Positions 31,663 through 44,372 of a DNA stretch of 64,000 nucleotides are shown here, in pieces (positions within the stretch are counted from its first letter, which is position 1; each line of letters begins with the position of its first letter). This DNA comes from Nemertoderma westbladi (lineage: Eukaryota > Animalia > Xenacoelomorpha): positions 37,441 through 101,440 of the forward strand of contig JAUCBJ010000998.1 of NCBI GenBank assembly GCA_032718475.1. The letters run 5' to 3'. A program made the translations under genes and the position numbers. The notes under the pieces are model-generated. The model saw nothing but the letters and a program-made list of their open reading frames with translations. It was not told the DNA's origin and ran no database searches.

Positions 31663-33083
31663 AACTGTAATGTTTGTAAGAAATGTTTCTCAACTTCCGG
31701 TGATACAGTTAGACACGATCTTTCCCAGGTTGCATAATAAACTAGTAACTTAAGTATAGTATTGTAGTTAGTTGGATATTATGATAGTACTAGAGTATAC
31801 ATACACCATGACCTGGAATATAGCGTCGTAATTCAGTGACTTGGACCGGACACCCCCCCCCCCCCCCCCAACCCTTTTCTAAGAATGCCTTATTAAGAAT
31901 GAATAGCATTGTTTATAATCCTGCGATCGACAGCTGCAATACAGCATGCCGATAGTACTGGTGAATTCAAATTGGGGTGGGGTCCAAGTTAATACATTGA
32001 ATTGCGACACTATATTTCACAGCACTCTGGAATATCAGAGTAGATTACGACCGATTACGGACCCCGGCCATTCTATATCTCTGGTTATAATTTTGGTTTA
32101 ATTGATTATTTTAAGTAAATAATTGTATGGCGCTGGAATTTAAACATTTACAATTTTCGTAGATTTGCAATATTTTTAGGAGCTCGCTTAAAGTAAGATT
32201 AAAATTATTTTGCAATTGATTACTGGATGTTTTACTGACATATAAATTCGATATAATCAATAATTTTCAGTTCTGCTTGAACTATTTATTAGATATTCAA
32301 AAAATTTACTTAACTATATTTACTTCGGGATTCCGCTTCAAAAATGTCGGGATCAGGGCCGGGATTGCAATTTTCGCCGGAATCTCGGTTTTTCTGGATC
32401 GGGATCCCGTTAGAATTTAAACGGGATGAGAATTTTCCGGGATCGCTATCGGAATTGCAAGTTTGATTTTAATTTTTAATTTCACAAATTTTGGGATATT
32501 TTTATCTCTTTATAACACACTGCCAAAATATTAGTAAGATAAAGTTATATTACAATTAATTTAGTTAGTCATAATTTACAGATGGAATTTTGCAATCTTC
32601 AACGCACCGCTGTGTCAACACTGCAGTTATCCAGTGGTGCACGCGCACAATAACAAAATTGAATATTACCCCCAAAAGGATTCAATCGTTGTGTAAAGCT
32701 TGAAAATTCATGTTGAAAGTTGTTGTTATTACTTTGTTTACTCGGCAAAAATTCACCGAAAATACTTCTAATATAGATGTATATTACGTTGTTAAAGCGA
32801 TGGCCGTTGGGGACCATCGTAACTACATTACATAGATAATTGGTTCCATGATAGATAAATTGGCACCGGTGCATCTGTTACATCTATTGTATTTGGATCT
32901 AATTTAGGTACCCAATTATATTCCTACGTTCACTCCTAAGGCGCTCCACTCCCCAAAGCACTGTAGCTGCTGCATTCGGTATTACAGTCAGCCAAACCCA
33001 GAAAGTATTAAAGGCCACAGCTGGTGAAGTTTGTGTCATTAAATTGAATTATAAATTAAAATAGAAGCTTGAAAATCCAATAA

Positions 33084-34454
33084 TAAAGAGTTAATTGTAT
33101 TTATTTATGAATCAAGCACGTTAAGTGACAACCTTACCGGTAGGTATGTCAGTGCCAAAGTATGTAAAAAACTAAAAAGCAACAAGACCTAGACGTTGCA
33201 TGCAATCAGTGATCAGCTGACGGCAGCCTGCTGATCGGTAGATTTCGCCCCGCAACTGAAGGCATTCTCAGGTGGCCAAGCCAGGAAATATCGAGAGAGA
33301 TTCCCAAAGGGGGACGGAACAGGTAACGAAATGAAGAAATGTCTGTAATGTAACTAACCACTGGAAAGGTTGTCACGATTCTGCTTGTTGATAACTGGCT
33401 TGCGTGTTTGGATGTAATACATTTCAACCTTTTGCAAGACTGGCCGCAACGGGTGTCTAGCATTTACAGTGAAATGTTTAAACAATTCACGCCAGTCAGT
33501 CAGCCAATGTGTATTGGGCTCGCCGCGGTGCGTTATGATGTGGTTGTGCAATCTTACTCCCATCGCATCATTGGCTGTCCCATCCGGGTGCTGTCTAACG
33601 CGTTCAAACAAGTGTTGGATGGTGTATCCAACATCCCCTTACAAGATGGACAAGAGAAAGAGTAAACGACGTTAGACGCAAGGATTTCCGGGATGGGGTG
33701 TTTGAGAGATGGGAGTGACTGGCGCAGATTAGATGTTTATGTTTAGATTTTGTTGATGTTGTTTAGATATAGTTACCCAGGTCTTGCACACGGCCAGTTC
33801 GGTTTGTTTTTACAACATCTAAACAACGCCAGTCACTCCCATCTCACAAACACCCCATTCCGTAAATCCTTGCATCTAACGTCGTTTACTCTTTCTCTTG
33901 TCCCTCTTCTAAGGGGGAATATGTTGAACACACCATCCAACACTTGTTTGAACGCGTTAGACAAAAGCAGCAGAATATTAATTTCTATTTTTTTCATTCA
34001 TTTTTTCATTCACGTTGGCTGAATGACTGGCGTGAATTGTCTAAACATTTCACTGTAATTGCTAGACATCCATTGCGGCCAGTCTTGAAAAGTTTGAAAT
34101 GTATTACATCCAAACACGCAAGCCGGTTATCAACAAGCAGAAACGTGACTGACGCAAGTTTACAGTGCTACTTCCCAGTGGTTTGTTACAGTACATGCAT
34201 TTCTTCATTTCGTTACCTGTTCCGTCCCCTTTTGGGAATCTATCTTGATAATTCCTGGCTTGGCCTACTGAGAATGCCTTCAGTTGCGGGGCGAAACCTA
34301 CCGATCAGCTGGCTGCCGTCAGCTGATCACTGATTGCATGCAACGTCTATGTCTTGTTGCTTTTAGTTTTTTACACACTTTGTTACTGACATACCTACCG
34401 GTAAGGTTTTTACTTAACATGCTTGATTAATAAATAAATACAATTAACTCTTTA
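33084..34454. mobile_element. Inverted (fold-back) pair of Penelope 3' ends (GIY-YIG plus 3' UTR)
   Basis: Arms 33084-33724 and 33827-34454 are reverse complements. The combined translation reads LPSLKHPIPEILASNVVYSFSCPSCKGEYVGYTIQHLFERVRQH...VEMYYIQTRKPVINKQ. Flanked by the direct repeat TTAAATTGAATTATA (33039-33053, 34452-34466) and absent from paralogue A. Confidence 0.82.
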
Positions 34455-34522
34455 AATTGAATTATATTGTTAATATTTAGACTGTCACATTTATACGTCA
34501 GTTAGTCCGAATTGTATTAAAT

Positions 34523-37500
34523 ATGTCTTCGAATACTTTGAGCGACGCTGCTTGGGATTTACTGGATCGTATCATGGCAGATGAAAGTGATTCTCAGTCC
34601 GGTGAGGAGGAACAAGATAAATGTGTCAATCCACCAACTTCTTATAACGAAATCAGCAACACAAGCAGCGGTATAAACGTTATCAGTTTTAACTCAGAAG
34701 CGGGAGCTATTTGCGGTACTTCAGAAGATAAATCTCGAAAGATCAAACAAGAGTTCTGTACAGATGAACAATATTCTAATAATCAAATCAGCAACACAAG
34801 CAGCGGTATAAACGTTATCAGTTTTAAATCAGAAGCGGGAGCTATTTGCGGTACTTCAGAAGATAAATCTCGAAAGATCAAACAAGAGTTCTGTACAGAT
34901 GAACAATATTCTAATAATCAAATCGGCAACACCAACAGCGGTATAAACGTTATCAGATTTAAATCAGAAGCGGGAGCTAGTTGTGGTACTTCTGAAGATA
35001 CATCTCGAAAGATCAAACAAGAGTTCTGTACAGATGAACAATATTCTAATAATCAAATCGGCAACACCAACAGCGGTATAAACGTTATCAGATTTAAATC
35101 AGAAGCGGGAGCTAGTTGTGGTACTTCTGAAGATACATCTCGAAAGATCAAACAAGAGTTCTGTACAGATGAACAATATTCTAATAATAAAATCAGCAAC
35201 ACAAACAGCGGTATAAACGTTAACAGTTTTAAATCAGAAGCGGGAGCTAGTTGTGGTACTTCTGAAGATACATCTCGAAAGATCAAACAAGAGTTCTGTA
35301 CAGATGAACAATATTCTAATAATCAAATCGGCAACACCAACAGCGGTATAAACGTTATCAGATTTAAATCAGAAGCGGGAGCTAGTTGTGGTACTTCTGA
35401 AGATACATCTCGAAAGATCAAACAAGAGTTCTGTACAGATGAACAATATTCTAATAATCAAATCGGCAACACCAACAGCGGTATAAACGTTATCAGATTT
35501 AAATCAGAAGCGGGAGCTAGTTGTGGTACTTCTGAAGATACATCTCGAAAGATCAAACAAGAGTTCTGTACAGATGAACAATATTCTAATAATAAAATCA
35601 GCAACACAAACAGCGGTATAAACGTTATCAGTTTTAAATCAGAAGCGGGAGCTATTTGCGGTACTTCTGAAGATACATCTCGAAAGATCAAACAAGAGTT
35701 CTGTACAGATGAACAATATTCTAATAATCAAATCGGCAACACCAACAGCGGTATAAACGTTATCAGATTTAAATCAGAAGCGGGAGCTAGTTGTGGTACT
35801 TCTGAAGATACATCTCGAAAGATCAAACAAGAGTTCTGTACAGATGAACAATATTCTAATAATCAAATCGGCAACACCAACAGCGGTATAAACGTTATCA
35901 GATTTAAATCAGAAGCGGGAGCTAGTTGTGGTACTTCTGAAGATACATCTCGAAAGATCAAACAAGAGTTCTGTACAGATGAACAATATTCTAATAATCA
36001 AATAGGCAACACCAACAGCGGTATAAACGTTATCAGATTTAAATCAGAAGCGGGAGCTAGTTGTGGTACTTCTGAAGATACATCTCGAAAGATCAAACAA
36101 GAGTTCTGTACAGATGAACAATATTCTAATAATAAAATCAGCAACACAAACAGCGGTATAAACGTTATCAGTTTTAAATCAGAAGCAGAAGCTATTTGCG
36201 GTACTTCTGAAGATACTTCTCGAAAGATCAAACAAGAGTTCTGTACAGATGAACAATATTATATTAATCAAATCGGAAACACAAACAGCGGTATAAATAT
36301 TATCAGATTTAAATCAGAAGCGGGAGCTATTTGCGGTACTTCTGAAGATACATCTCGAAAGATCAAACAAGAGTTCTGTACAGATGAACAATATTATATT
36401 AATCAAATCGGCAACACAAACAGCGGTATAAATGTTATCAGATTTAAATCAGAAGCGGGAGCTATTTGCGGTACTTCTAAAGATACATCTCGAAAGATCA
36501 AACAAGAGTTCTGTACAGATGAACAATATTCTAATAATCAAATCGGCAACACCAACAGCGGTATAAACGTTATCAGATTTAAATCAGAAGCGGGAGCTAT
36601 TTGCGGTACTTCTGAAGATACATCTCGAAAGATCAAACAAGAGTTCTGTACAGATGAACAATATTATATTAATCAAATCGGCAAAACAAACAGCGGTATA
36701 AACGTTATCAGTTTTAAATCAGAAGCGGATATTTGCGGTAAAGATAAATCTCGAGTTGTAAGACAAGGTTTCTGTAGTGGGAAACCATCTCCTTGTGAAG
36801 TTATTGCAAAGTCCGTTCTCAAGTGTAAGCAAATTAATCGTAAAGTAAATTTAAAATATCGTAAACAATCATTGCATAAAGGTATCAAGGATAAATGTGA
36901 ATCTTGCGACAAACAATTTAGAAACAAACTGAGTCTAAAGAGACATGTGGAATCAATTCACAAACGTATCAAGTATAAATGCGTTTATTGCGATAAATTG
37001 TTCACACAGGAAGGAAATCTAAAGAAACACCTAGAATCAGTACATAAAGGTATCAATTCTAAATGCGTTTATTGTGAAAAACAATTCACTGACAATGGAT
37101 ATCTAAAGATACACATAAAATCAGTACATAAAGGCATCAAGTATAAATGCGTATATTCTGAAAAACAATTTAATCGCAAAAGAACTCTAAAGAGACACAT
37201 GGAATCAGTACATAAAGGTATCAAGTATAATTGCGGTTCTTGTGACAAACAATTTAGTTACAAAGGAGGTCTAAAGAAACACATAGAATCAGTTCATAAA
37301 GGAATCAAGTATAATTGCGATTCTTGTGACAAAAAATTCAATAACAAGTGGAGTCTGAAGGCACACATAGAATCAGTTCATAAAGGCATCAAGTATAATT
37401 GCGATTCTTGTGACAAACAATTTAGCGTCAAAGGATGTCTGAATAAACACATGGAATCAGTACATAAAAGTATCAAGTATAAATGCGTTTATTGTGACAA

Positions 37501-39166
37501 ACAATTTAGTTACAAAGGAGTTCTAAAGAAACACATAGAATCAGTTCATAAAAGAATCAAGTATAATTGCGATTCTTGTGACAAAAAATTCAATAACAAG
37601 TGGAGTCTGAAGGCACACATAGAATCAGTTCATAAAGGCATCAAATATAATTGCGATTCTTGTGACAAACAATTTAGCGTCAAAGGATATCTGAATAAAC
37701 ACATGGAATCAGTACATAAAGGTATCAAGTATAATTGCGGTTCTTGTGACAAACAATTTAGTTACAAAGGAGTTCTAAAGAAACACATAGAATCAGTTCA
37801 TAAAGGAATCAAGTATAATTGCGATTCTTGTGACAAAAAATTCAATAACAAATGGAGTCTGAAGACACACATAGAATCAGTTCATAAAGGCATCAAGTAT
37901 AATTGCGGTTCCTGTGAAAAACAATTTAGTGACAAAGGATATCTAAAGAAACACATGGAATCAGTACATAGAGGTATCAAGTATAATTGCGGTTCCTGTG
38001 ACAAACAATTTAATGAAAAAGCATATCTAAAGAAACACATGGAATCAGTACATAAAGGTATCAAGTATAATTGCGGTTCTTGTGACAAACAATTTAGCGT
38101 CAAAGGATGTCTGAAGAAACACATAGAATCAGTACATAAATATATCAAGTATAAATGCGTTTATTGTGACAAACAATTCATTAACAAATGGAATCTGAAG
38201 ACACACATAGAATCAGTTCATAAAGGCATCAAATATAATTGCGGTTCCTGTGAAAAACAATTTAGTGACAAAGGATATCTAAAGAAACACATAGAATCAG
38301 TACATAGAGGTATCAAGTATAATTGCGGTTCCTGTGACAAACAATTTAATGAAAAAGCATATCTAAAGAAACACATGGAATCAGTACATAAAGGTATCAA
38401 GTATAATTGCGGTTCTTGTGACAAACAATTTAGCGTCAAAGGATGTCTGAAGAAACACATAGAATCAGTACATAAATATATCAAGTATAAATGCGTTTAT
38501 TGTGACAAACAATTCATTAACAAATGGAATCTGAAGACACACATAGAATCAGTTCATAGAGGTACCCAGTATAAATGCGGTTTCTGTGACAAACAATTTA
38601 GTCAAAAAGGAAATCTAAAGGGACACATGGAATCAGTACATAAAGGAATCAAGTATAATTGCCGTTCTTGTGACAAACAATTTAGTCAAAAAGGAAATCT
38701 AAAGGGACACATAGAATCAGTACATAAAGGTATCAAGTATAATTGCGGTTCTTGTGACAAACAATTTAGCGTCAAAGGATGTCTGAAGAAACACATAGAA
38801 TCAGTACATAAATATATCAAGTATAAATGCGTTTATTGTGACAAACAATTCATTAACAAATGGAATCTGAAGACACACATAGAATCAGTTCATAGAGGTA
38901 TCCAGTATAAATGCGGTTTCTGTGACAAACAATTTAGTCAAAAAGGACATCTAAGGACCCACATGGAATCAGTACATAAAGGTATCAAGTATAATTGCGG
39001 TTCTTGTGACAAACAATTTAGTCAAAAAGGACATCTAAGGACCCACATGGAATCAGTACATAAAGGTATCAAGTATAATTGCGGTTCTTGTGAGAAAAAA
39101 TTTAGTCAAAAAGGAAATCTAAAGGGACACATAGAATCAGTACATAAAGGTATCAATCAAGTATAA
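34523..39166 (+). CDS. C2H2 zinc-finger protein, paralogue B (1547 aa; 15-16 x 45-aa repeats plus 27 fingers)
   Basis: Same N-terminus as paralogue A. 135-bp repeats (GATCAAACAAGAG at 34741+135n, up to 36631). 84-bp finger units at 36897-39150; one finger lacks a Cys. Confidence 0.88.
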   Translation: MSSNTLSDAAWDLLDRIMADESDSQSGEEEQDKCVNPPTSYNEISNTSSGINVISFNSEAGAICGTSEDKSRKIKQEFCTDEQYSNNQISNTSSGINVISFKSEAGAICGTSEDKSRKIKQEFCTDEQYSNNQIGNTNSGINVIRFKSEAGASCGTSEDTSRKIKQEFCTDEQYSNNQIGNTNSGINVIRFKSEAGASCGTSEDTSRKIKQEFCTDEQYSNNKISNTNSGINVNSFKSEAGASCGTSEDTSRKIKQEFCTDEQYSNNQIGNTNSGINVIRFKSEAGASCGTSEDTSRKIKQEFCTDEQYSNNQIGNTNSGINVIRFKSEAGASCGTSEDTSRKIKQEFCTDEQYSNNKISNTNSGINVISFKSEAGAICGTSEDTSRKIKQEFCTDEQYSNNQIGNTNSGINVIRFKSEAGASCGTSEDTSRKIKQEFCTDEQYSNNQIGNTNSGINVIRFKSEAGASCGTSEDTSRKIKQEFCTDEQYSNNQIGNTNSGINVIRFKSEAGASCGTSEDTSRKIKQEFCTDEQYSNNKISNTNSGINVISFKSEAEAICGTSEDTSRKIKQEFCTDEQYYINQIGNTNSGINIIRFKSEAGAICGTSEDTSRKIKQEFCTDEQYYINQIGNTNSGINVIRFKSEAGAICGTSKDTSRKIKQEFCTDEQYSNNQIGNTNSGINVIRFKSEAGAICGTSEDTSRKIKQEFCTDEQYYINQIGKTNSGINVISFKSEADICGKDKSRVVRQGFCSGKPSPCEVIAKSVLKCKQINRKVNLKYRKQSLHKGIKDKCESCDKQFRNKLSLKRHVESIHKRIKYKCVYCDKLFTQEGNLKKHLESVHKGINSKCVYCEKQFTDNGYLKIHIKSVHKGIKYKCVYSEKQFNRKRTLKRHMESVHKGIKYNCGSCDKQFSYKGGLKKHIESVHKGIKYNCDSCDKKFNNKWSLKAHIESVHKGIKYNCDSCDKQFSVKGCLNKHMESVHKSIKYKCVYCDKQFSYKGVLKKHIESVHKRIKYNCDSCDKKFNNKWSLKAHIESVHKGIKYNCDSCDKQFSVKGYLNKHMESVHKGIKYNCGSCDKQFSYKGVLKKHIESVHKGIKYNCDSCDKKFNNKWSLKTHIESVHKGIKYNCGSCEKQFSDKGYLKKHMESVHRGIKYNCGSCDKQFNEKAYLKKHMESVHKGIKYNCGSCDKQFSVKGCLKKHIESVHKYIKYKCVYCDKQFINKWNLKTHIESVHKGIKYNCGSCEKQFSDKGYLKKHIESVHRGIKYNCGSCDKQFNEKAYLKKHMESVHKGIKYNCGSCDKQFSVKGCLKKHIESVHKYIKYKCVYCDKQFINKWNLKTHIESVHRGTQYKCGFCDKQFSQKGNLKGHMESVHKGIKYNCRSCDKQFSQKGNLKGHIESVHKGIKYNCGSCDKQFSVKGCLKKHIESVHKYIKYKCVYCDKQFINKWNLKTHIESVHRGIQYKCGFCDKQFSQKGHLRTHMESVHKGIKYNCGSCDKQFSQKGHLRTHMESVHKGIKYNCGSCEKKFSQKGNLKGHIESVHKGINQV
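34640..36745 (+). repeat. Coding 135-bp minisatellite
   Basis: 15 exact-period copies encoding KIKQEFCTDEQY...SGINVI.FKSE. Confidence 0.95.
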
Positions 39167-42100
39167 TTGCGGTTCTTGTGACAAACAATTTAGCGTCAAA
39201 GGATATCTGAAGAAGCACATGGAATCAGTACATATAATGGTTTCAAGTTTAAATGCGCTTGTTGTGACAATAAATTCATTAAAAAATGGAATCTGAAGAC
39301 ACACATAGAATCAATGAATAAAGGCATCAAGTATAATTGCGATTCTTGAAACAAACAATTTAGCGTCAAAGGAAATCTAAAGAAACACATGGAATCAGTA
39401 CATAAAGGAATCAAGTATAATTGCAGTTCTTGTGACAAACAATTTAATTACAAAGGATATCTAACGAAACACATGTAATCAGTACATAAAAGAATCTAGT
39501 CTAATTGCGGTTCTTGTGACAAACAATTTAGTGACAAACAGAGTCTGAAGAAACACATGGAATTATTACATATAGGAATCAAGTATAATTGCAGTTCTTG
39601 TGACAAGCAATTTAGTTACAAAGGATATCTAAAGAAACACATGGAATTAGTACATCAAGGTATCAAATCAAGTATAATTGCGTTTCCTGTGAAAAACAAT
39701 TTAGAGTCAAAGGATATCTGAAGAAACACATGGAATCAGTACATAAAGGTATCAAATCAAGTATAATTGCGGTTCTTGTGACAAATAATTTAGTGACAAA
39801 GGATATCTAAATAAACACATGGAATCAGTACATAAATGTATCAAGTATAAATGCGATTCTTGTAACAAACAATTTAGCGTCAAAGGATATCTAAAGAAAC
39901 ACATGGATTCAGTACATAAAGGTATCAAATTAAGTATAATTGCGGTTCTTGTGACAAATAATTTAGTGACAAAGGATATCTAAATAAACACATGGAATCA
40001 GTACATAAAAGGTATCAAGTATAATTGCGATTCTTGTGACAAACAATTTAGCGTCAAAGGATTTCTAAAGAAACACATGGAATCAGTACATAAAGGTATC
40101 AAATCAAGTATAATTGCGGTTCTTGTGACAAATAATTTAGTGACAAAGGATATCTAAATAAACACATGTAATCAGTACATAAAGGAATCTAGTCTAATTG
40201 CGGTTCTTGTGACAAGCAATTTAGTGACAAACAGAGTCTGAAGAAGCACATGGAATCAGTACATAAAGAAATCTAGTCTACTTGCGGTTCTTGTGACAAA
40301 CAATTTAGTGACAAACAGAGTCTGAAGAAACACATGGAATTATTACATATAGAAATCAAGTTTAATTGCGGTTGTTGCGGCCAAACAATTTAGTGACAAA
40401 GGATATCTAAAGAAACACATAGAATTAGTACATAAATATATCAAGTATAATTGCGATTCTTGTAACAAACAATTTAGCGTCAAAGGATATCTAAAGAAAC
40501 ACATGAAATTAGTACATAAAGGTATCAAATCAAGTATAATTGCGGTTCTTGTGACAAATATTTTAGTGACAAAGGATATCTAAATAAACACATGGAATCA
40601 GTACATAAAGGTATCAAGTATAATTGCGGTTCTTGTGACAAACAATTTAGCGTCAAAGGATGTCTGAAGAAACACATAGAATCAGTACATAAATATATCA
40701 AGTATAAATGCGTTTATTGTGACAAACAATTCATTAACAAATGGAATCTGAAGACACACATAGAATCAGTTCATAGAGGTACCCAGTATAAATGCGGTTT
40801 CTGTGACAAACAATTTAGTCAAAAAGGAAATCTAAAGGGACACATGGAATCAGTACATAAAGGAATCAAGTATAATTGCGGTTCTTGTGACAAACAATTT
40901 AGTCAAAAAGGAAATCTAAAGGGACACATAGAATCAGTACATAAAGGTATCAAGTATAATTGCGGTTCTTGTGACAAACAATTTAGCGTCAAAGGATGTC
41001 TGAAGAAACACATAGAATCAGTACATAAATATATAAAGTATAAATGCGTTTATTGTGACAAACAATTCATTAACAAATGGAATCTGAAGACACACATAGA
41101 ATCAGTTCATAGAGGTATCCAGTATAAATGCGGTTTCTGTGACAAACAATTTAGTCAAAAAGGACATCTAAGGACCCACATGGAATCAGTACATAAAGGT
41201 ATCAAGTATAATTGCGGTTCTTGTGACAAACAATTTAGTCAAAAAGGAAATCTAAAGGGACACATAGAATCAGTACATAAAGGTATCAATCAAGTATAAT
41301 TGCGGTTCTTGTGACAAACAATTTAGCGTCAAAGGATATCTGAAGAAGCACATGGAATCAGTACATATAATGGTATCAAGTTTAAATGCGCTTGTTGTGA
41401 CAATAAATTCATTAAAAAATGGAATCTGAAGACACACATAGAATCAATGAATAAAGGCATCAAGTATAATTGCGATTCTTGTAACAAACAATTTAGCGTC
41501 AAAGGATATCTAAAGAAACACATGGAATCAGTACATAAAGGTATCAAGTATAATTGCGGTTCTTGTGAAAAGCAATTTAATTACAAAGGATATCTAACGA
41601 AACACATGTAATCAGTACATAAAAGAATCTAGTCTAATTGCGGTTCTTGTGACAAACAATTTAGTGACAAACAGAGTCTGAAGAAACACATGGAATTATT
41701 ACATATAGGAATCAAGTATAATTGCAGTTCTTGTGACAAGCAATTTAGTTACAAAGGATATCTAAAGAAACACATGGAATTAGTACATCAAGGTATCAAA
41801 TCAAGTATAATTGCGTTTCCTGTGAAAAACAATTTAGAGTCAAAGGATATCTGAAGAAACACATGGAATCAGTACATAAAGGTATCAAATCAAGTATAAT
41901 TGCGGTTCTTGTGACAAATAATTTAGTGACAAAGGATATCTAAATAAACACATGGAATCAGTACATAAATGTATCAAGTATAAATGCGATTCTTGTAACA
42001 AACAATTTAGCGTCAAAGGATATCTAAAGAAACACATGGATTCAGTACATAAAGGTATCAAATTAAGTATAATTGCGGTTCTTGTGACAAATAATTTAGT

Positions 42101-44372
42101 GACAAAGGATATCTAAATAAACACATGGAATCAGTACATAAAAGGTATCAAGTATAATTGCGATTCTTGTGACAAACAATTTAGCGTCAAAGGATATCTA
42201 AAGAAACACATGGAATCAGTACATAAAGGTATCAAATCAAGTATAATTGCGGTTCTTGTGACAAATAATTTAGTGACAAAGGATATCTAAATAAACACAT
42301 GTAATCAGTACATAAAGGAATCTAGTCTAATTGCGGTTCTTGTGACAAGCAATTTAGTGACAAACAGAGTCTGAAGAAGCACATGGAATCAGTACATAAA
42401 GGAATCTAGTCTACTTGCGGTTCTTGTGACAAACAATTTAGTGACAAACAGAGTCTGAAGAAACACATGGAATTATTACATATAGAAATCAAGTTTAATT
42501 GCGGTTGTTGCGGCCAAACAATTTAGTGACAAAGGATATCTAAAGAAACACATAGAATTAGTACATAAATATATCAAGTATAATTGCGATTCTTGTAACA
42601 AACAATTTAGCGTCAAAGGATATCTAAAGAAACACATGAAATCAGTACATAAAGGTATCAAATCAAGTATAATTGCGGTTCTTGTGACAAATATTTTAGT
42701 GACAAAGGATATCTAAAGAAACACATGGAATCAGTACATAAAGGTATCTAGTCTAATTGCGGTTCTTGTAACAAATAATTTAGTGACAAAGGATATCTAA
42801 ATAAACACATGTAATCAGTACATAAAGGAATCTAGTCTAATTGCGGTTCTTGTGACAAGCAATTTAGTGACAAACAGAGTCTGAAGAAACACATTGAATC
42901 AGTACATAAAGGAATCAAGTATAATTGCAGTTCTTGTGACAAGCAATTTAGTGAAAAAGGATATCTAAAGAAACACATAGAATCAGTACATAAAGGTATC
43001 AAGTATATTTGCGGTTCCTGTGACAAACAATTTAGCGTCAAAGGATATCTAAATAAACACATGGAATCAGTACATAAAGGAATCAAGTATAATTGCAGTT
43101 CTTGTGACAAACAATTTAATTACAAAGGATATCTAACGAAACACATGTAATCAGTACATAAAAGAATCTAGTCTAATTGCGGTTCTTGTGACAAACAATT
43201 TAGTGACAAACAGAGTCTGAAGAAACACATGGAATTATTACATATAGGAATCAAGTATAATTGCAGTTCTTGTGACAAGCAATTTAGTTACAAAGGATAT
43301 CTAAAGAAACACATGGAATTAGTACTTCAAGGTATCAAATCAAGTATAATTGCGTTTCCTGTGAAAAACAATTTAGAGTCAAAGGATATCTGAAGAAACA
43401 CATGGAATCAGTACATAAAGGTATCAAATCAAGTATAATTGCGGTTCTTGTGACAAATAATTTAGTGACAAAGGATATCTAAATAAACACATGGAATCAG
43501 TACATAAATGTATCAAGTATAAATGCGATTCTTGTAACAAACAATTTAGCGTCAAAGGATATCTAAAGAAACACATGGATTCAGTACATAAAGGTATCAA
43601 ATTAAGTATAATTGCGGTTCTTGTGACAAATAATTTAGTGACAAAGGATATCTAAATAAACACATGGAATCAGTACATAAAAGGTATCAAGTATAATTGC
43701 GGTTCTTGTGACAAATAATTTAGTGACAAAGGATATCTAAATAAACACATGGAATCAGTACATAAATGTATCAAGTATAAATGCGATTCTTGTAACAAAC
43801 AATTTAGCGTCAAAGGATATCTAAAGAAACACATGGATTCAGTACATAAAGGTATCAAATTAAGTATAATTGCGGTTCTTGTGACAAATAATTTAGTGAC
43901 AAAGGATATCTAAGTAAACACATGTAATCAGTACATAAAGGAATCTAGTCTAATTGTGGTTCTTGTGACAAGCAATTTAGTGACAAACAGAGTCTGAAGA
44001 AGCACATGGAATCAGTACATAAAGGAATCTAGTCTACTTGCGGTTCTTGTGACAAACAATTTAGTGACAAACAGAGTCTGAAGAAACACATGGAATTATT
44101 ACATATAGAAATCAAGTTTAATTGCGGTTGTTGCGGCCAAACAATTTAGTGACAAAGGATATCTAAAGAAACACATAGAATTAGTACATAAATATATCAA
44201 GTATAATTGCGATTCTTGTAACAAACAATTTAGCGTCAAAGGATATCTAAAGAAACACATAGAATCAGTACATAAAGGTATCAAGTATATTTGCGGTTCT
44301 TGTGTCAAACAATTCATTAACAAAGGGAAAATGAAGACACATATACACTCAGTTCACAAAGATACCAATTAA
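39167..44372 (+). pseudogene. Decayed zinc-finger array (~60 units) with higher-order duplications
   Basis: The 84-bp units continue with stops and 1-5 bp indels. Blocks repeat at a 2133-bp offset (e.g. 40343 vs 42476). The array ends in the same 3' sequence as paralogue A (AAGATACCAATTAAGGCTCCTGG). Confidence 0.9.

Noticed and set aside
25243-44323. Many minus-strand ORFs (LYLIPLCTDSMCFF...)
   Set aside because: Antisense shadows of the zinc-finger and 135-bp repeats.
34640-44372. Regular repeats that might suggest a CRISPR-like array
   Set aside because: The units are in-frame coding repeats (135 bp and 84 bp) with no unique spacers, no cas genes and a eukaryotic context.
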